Part shown: positions 60,253-64,000 of the stretch, in pieces
Layout: each line of letters starts with the position of its first letter
How positions within the stretch are numbered: the stretch's first letter is position 1
Virus record (IMG/VR): IMGVR_UViG_3300031867_000006
Span: 32,001 to 96,000 of that record
From: a virus
Lineage: Duplodnaviria; Caudoviricetes
Reading direction: 5' to 3' (one strand)
DNA: 64,000 bases
Notes under the pieces: model-generated
Databases searched by the model: none
Seen by the model: only the letters and a program-made list of their open reading frames with translations
Told to the model about the DNA's origin: nothing
Program-made: the position numbers and the translations under genes

Positions 60253-62077
60253 GCGATAACATTGGCTACGGTTTTAAGATCAATGGCATCCTCTTCATCT
60301 CCAGAAGTTTGTATGGTTGGCTGGTTAGATTCTGGTAAAGATAGGCCTTGGTCTGCAGCATTACATGATAATGGTAGTACATTATATAATTACGGCGCGA
60401 TGGAATGGTGGTTAAGGGGAGCTGCTGATCATGGTTTATCAATACCTCCGCATATAACAAATGGAGTATTTACAATGGTATCTAAAGATGCTAGATCTGA
60501 AAGGGTTAATGCTTATACTCAAAGTAATATAACTAATGGAGTTAAATACGGCGATGTATTGGTGGAGTAGAACTAGCACGTACTATCCAGAAGCCCCTAA
60601 TCATTCTGATAATAAAATTAGATTTAATGCTAAAGCTGATGGTGAAGAACATATATGGACAATTCCAGCTTATAGTTGGAATGGTGTTGATGTAGTAATT
60701 GTCGGCGATGAATTGTTGGTGGTTTAGATCAGGATGTTATGTATATATAACTGGAGGTGGTTGGCCAGCTAGGTCTGATAAATCTGCATTCGTTATGTAT
60801 ATGAAAGAAAGGAATCCACCAGTATGGGCTCATTGTGCTAATTTTACATATGTATATGATATTAGTACACCATGTAATTACGGCGATGGAATTGGGATGG
60901 TTATTTAGATCATTTTATGATGTAAGGACACAACCTTCAAATTATTTAAATAAAGATGGAACTGGATATTGTGTATATTGCCAAAGCTATAATAATACTT
61001 CTGGATTAAATTGGATTGCTTATCCTATAAATAAGCCAACTGATAGATATTATTACGGCGATGAGTTGGTGGGAAAGATCTGGCTATAAGCCTGACAAGG
61101 CATCATTTTGTTGTTCAGGATATTATAATACACCTAATGGAACACCTCAAGGTACTAATGCTGCAAAACATAGTGGTACTGGACAATTATTTAATCTCGG
61201 CGATGGAATGGTGGTTGAGGACTTGCCCAAATCATGATATAAATGCTGGTGCTTTAGAAAATAATAAGTCTGTTATAAGTTGCGTTTGGGCGGATGGTAA
61301 GAGTTATTATGCTATACAAGGCGGTAATGGCTATTATGTAAGAAATTTCGGCGATGGATTATTGGGATAGATCTGCTTCATCGAAAATAGTGCAATGTTA
61401 TTAATATTTTCAACAGATGATAGATTTATAAATACAGGTTGGAAAGTTCCGGCATATAAATTCCCTAGTGGTATTGATTGTATTTACGGCGATAATTTGT
61501 TGGTTAAGAAGTGCAGATTATAAAAGTATACCGTGGTATGGCACTCAATATGATAATAAAGATGTGAGTTTTATTTATATTAGCCCAGATGGTTCAGTAA
61601 ATTGTACTGTTGCATGCCATGGATCATCTAGCCCTAGTAATTACGGCGATGTATTGGAGAACAAGAACTAGTTCATCTCAAGCTGGCGATTGGGCTACAG
61701 ATAATAAAAGTTGTTATATGTGTATTAATGGTACTTATGTAATTAAAGCGGTGAATACATATGCTGCAACTAGTGTCGGCGATAACTTGGTGGAATAGAT
61801 CCGCTGCTGGAAACCATTGGAAATATAAAACTATTGGATTTACTGAAACTACTATTGATGGAGTATCAGACTTTAATTATGCGTGGAGATGGGAATCTGC
61901 TGAACCATATCAAATAATATATCACGGCGATGGATTGGTGGACAACTAGTGCTATGTCTGTATATGCTAATATTTATCATAGTGGTAGCACTGGTAAAGA
62001 TTATTGCCCTATAGATAATAAAGGTGAACCATCGTATCAATTTGCTGGTAATTGTGGATATAATATAGATTTCGGCG
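60253..62077 (+). repeat. Tandem array of 12 variable-region cassettes (CLec/DUF6273-like W-W-x-R-S...G segments)
   Basis: CGGCG(AT) at 60393, 60549, 60703, 60881, 61056, 61198, 61349, 61487, 61644, 61777, 61925, 62073; each unit reads A-[MI]-x-W-W-x-R-[STG]...[YFVLH]-G (degenerate in some). Confidence 0.88.
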
Positions 62078-62093
62078 TTTAAAAAAAGAAGCA

Positions 62094-62115
62094 CCCTAGG
62101 CAATTAAGCCTAGGG
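62094..62115. terminator. CCCTAGG-family terminator right of the cassette array
   Basis: CCCTAGGC-aattaa-GCCTAGGG; T-tract on the minus strand. Confidence 0.75.
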
Positions 62116-62148
62116 CAATTATTAATGGAAAACAATAAATATGAATAA

Positions 62149-62736
62149 TTAACCCTCTGCGAGAGTCTCATTACCTTCATTAGTCTGAGCCTGTTTCTCA
62201 GCTTCTGCACGCCTTGCAGCTCTGCGCTCAGCCTTTGTGAGATGTTTAACCTGAGGCTGCTGTTTGGGCTGTTCTGCAGGTTTCTCATCGACCTTCTCTT
62301 CTTCAGCCGAAGTTTCTGCTGACCCTCCTACGCTGGGTAATGCAGGAGCTTCATTAGCATTATCATGCTCAGAATCATCAACCGGCTCTTCAGCAGGTTC
62401 TTCTGCCTTAGGAGGCTCTTCCTTCTTGGGATGTTCTACAGGTACAGCAGCCTGCATGGGGGAGATCTTATCTCTCTCAGCCTTACGCTTTGCTTCTTCT
62501 GCTTTCTTGATCTCTGCTTCCATCTGGCTGTCAGCATTACTCTTATCATAGTTAGTGATATCGAGATTTACTATAGTACCATCCGGCAGGACTTCTTCTA
62601 CCATAGCTCTCCCCATAAGTGCAGCGCGAATCTCCTCGTTGGTCATGCGAGTATTCTTTACAGCGCTCACGATAGGCGGGTTAAACATGGTAAGTGGAGC
62701 CTTCGGGTAAACGTTAACGACTTTTCTTTGTTTCAT
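62149..62736 (-). CDS. Hypothetical protein with a low-complexity C-terminus
   Basis: 195 aa, RBS. Confidence 0.75.
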   Translation of the reverse strand: MKQRKVVNVYPKAPLTMFNPPIVSAVKNTRMTNEEIRAALMGRAMVEEVLPDGTIVNLDITNYDKSNADSQMEAEIKKAEEAKRKAERDKISPMQAAVPVEHPKKEEPPKAEEPAEEPVDDSEHDNANEAPALPSVGGSAETSAEEEKVDEKPAEQPKQQPQVKHLTKAERRAARRAEAEKQAQTNEGNETLAEG

Positions 62737-62738
62737 TT

Positions 62739-63086
62739 TTAATCATCCTCCTCATTATCTTCGCTATCGTCATCAGAGTCATCATCAGACATAGCGTTCT
62801 TTACAGCCTCAAGATCATCCTCGTCGTCATCTTCGTCATCGGATAAATAAAGAACATCATCTGTGCCTTCATTATCTACCGGAGCATCATAATCCTCATC
62901 TGCGAGGAATTCTTCATCCTCGTAAGGATCATAATCACTGGCTTCAATATCCTCATCGGTAATCTCTGCGATGTCATCAATGTCGGTACTATCATGCTCA
63001 ACAACGTCTTCCATTGCATCTTCAATATCTTCAGCTTCAGAATCTAACAGATCATCATTAGCCATATCTACCATAAAATCATCCAT
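62739..63086 (-). CDS. Extremely acidic hypothetical protein
   Basis: RBS before MDDFMV; roughly half Asp/Glu. Confidence 0.7.
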   Translation of the reverse strand: MDDFMVDMANDDLLDSEAEDIEDAMEDVVEHDSTDIDDIAEITDEDIEASDYDPYEDEEFLADEDYDAPVDNEGTDDVLYLSDDEDDDEDDLEAVKNAMSDDDSDDDSEDNEEDD

Positions 63087-63099
63087 TGTTAATACCTCC

Positions 63100-63294
63100 T
63101 TAATCAAATAAGTCATCTAACTCGTCATCATCGAGATAGTTATCACCATCTCCAAAGAGATCAGTGTTTTCTGCATCATCTAAGAGATCATCAATAGCGT
63201 AGCTATTTTCATCTTCTCTTACTATCTCGCGTGTATCATCGTCCATCATTTCCCTAAGAAGCATATCTTCTATAGGTGTTCTTAATGAATCCAT
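63100..63294 (-). CDS. Small acidic protein
   Basis: RBS before MDSLRT; late promoter 63313-63324. Confidence 0.7.
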   Translation of the reverse strand: MDSLRTPIEDMLLREMMDDDTREIVREDENSYAIDDLLDDAENTDLFGDGDNYLDDDELDDLFD

Positions 63295-63323
63295 AGTATT
63301 TACCTCCTGGCTTAATATCATGT

Positions 63324-64000
63324 TTAAGATAACATATTTTTTAATTGCGATGTTAAGCAATATATTACCATAGGAATCTCATAAAACTGCTCCCTTGTAG
63401 GCATATAATCTAAATGCTTGAGAAGATCAATATCATCATCAGTAATCTCTTCATGATTGAAGTATTTGATTATGATATTCTTAAGAATATCCTCTTCTCT
63501 ATATTTAGTATTGCTCTTTATATTATCCGCAAATGCTGGATCATCAAACATATTGAGCATATAGAATTTACCCATATGATCAATCTTACGATAATCCATT
63601 ATATAGTAATCAATTGGATACTGATATAATAAGCTAAGTCTCTGTTCGCATTTAAGAGCATGACCTACATAGGTTCCAATATGGTGCTTAAGATCACATT
63701 CCTCTACATTAACAAAAAACGTCTTGCTATAATCTATAGGAAATGTTGTCGGCATGATATATTGATGTTGTACATAGATATATTTAGTAGACCCACCGAG
63801 AATATCATTTCTAATTAGGAACTCAATTAGGTAAGGATCATATATCTTAAAGCCTATAAAATCATGATATCCATAAGCATTAGGTCTGCTGCCACCATCA
63901 GTACCATTATTGCTATAATTAAGAGCAAATGATTGAATTCTATTATCATAGAATAAACCAATATAATAGTCTTTCAATGCTGTCAATGTGCTCTCAATAT
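63324..64000 (-). CDS. Hypothetical protein; partial (start beyond window)
   Basis: Frame open to the window edge. Confidence 0.7.
   Translation of the reverse strand, partial: IESTLTALKDYYIGLFYDNRIQSFALNYSNNGTDGGSRPNAYGYHDFIGFKIYDPYLIEFLIRNDILGGSTKYIYVQHQYIMPTTFPIDYSKTFFVNVEECDLKHHIGTYVGHALKCEQRLSLLYQYPIDYYIMDYRKIDHMGKFYMLNMFDDPAFADNIKSNTKYREEDILKNIIIKYFNHEEITDDDIDLLKHLDYMPTREQFYEIPMVIYCLTSQLKNMLS

Noticed and set aside
60262-61949. The overlapping 60-100 aa ORFs in the track as real small genes
   Set aside because: They lack an RBS, their starts lie out of frame in the previous cassette, and their stops fall in the next. They are by-products of the 3n+1 cassette structure.
60253-62077. 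CRISPR array
   Set aside because: The shared sequence is only about 7 bp plus a degenerate coding motif. Units are 133-178 bp and keep a reading frame.
1-64000. A complete DGR or shufflon in this window
   Set aside because: I found no reverse transcriptase, recombinase, near-identical TR/VR pair or full-length WWLRS-domain gene. All cassettes are in direct, not inverted, orientation.
1-64000. Alternative genetic code or uracil-substituted DNA (as in AR9/PBS1)
   Set aside because: Genes are intact under code 11 and use all three stops. Base modification cannot be read from sequence, and no relevant enzymes are in this window.

Overview
This is an AT-rich, densely coding segment of a jumbo contractile-tailed phage. 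The lineage is phiKZ/AR9-like, judged by its own multisubunit RNA polymerase. The host is probably a Firmicute, judged by the strong GGAGG ribosome-binding sites. Ordinary content: a paralogous inner-head protein family, baseplate and tail genes (gp6-like, gp25-like, a chaperone with a probable -1 frameshift), a 3.8 kaa virion protein with three C-terminal wall-hydrolase modules, RusA, a PC4/YdbC SSB, a phosphoesterase, an AAA+ ATPase, an RtcB-PrfH pair, and an RNAP beta'-like subunit split by a 326-nt group I intron. Two promoter motifs can be read by eye: late-like RACA-N6-TA and early-like RTTRYATAHTATA. Two non-canonical arrays stand out. (1) At 60253-62077 there are 12 tandem, apparently silent 133-178 bp cassettes joined by CGGCGAT. 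Each encodes a different version of the W-W-x-R-S...[YFV]-G variable segment typical of C-type-lectin-fold DGR targets. Two solo copies lie at 39370 and 42187, and no reverse transcriptase, recombinase or recipient gene is in the window. (2) At 38101-39290 a stand-alone RAMP/Cas7-like gene is followed directly by a 540-nt non-coding array of about 106 pentamers (GY-NNN on the sense strand). Single-base phase slips punctuate it into 31/36/41-nt units, which suggests an RNA-guided system with a non-contiguous guide code. All calls were made by eye; no searches were run.
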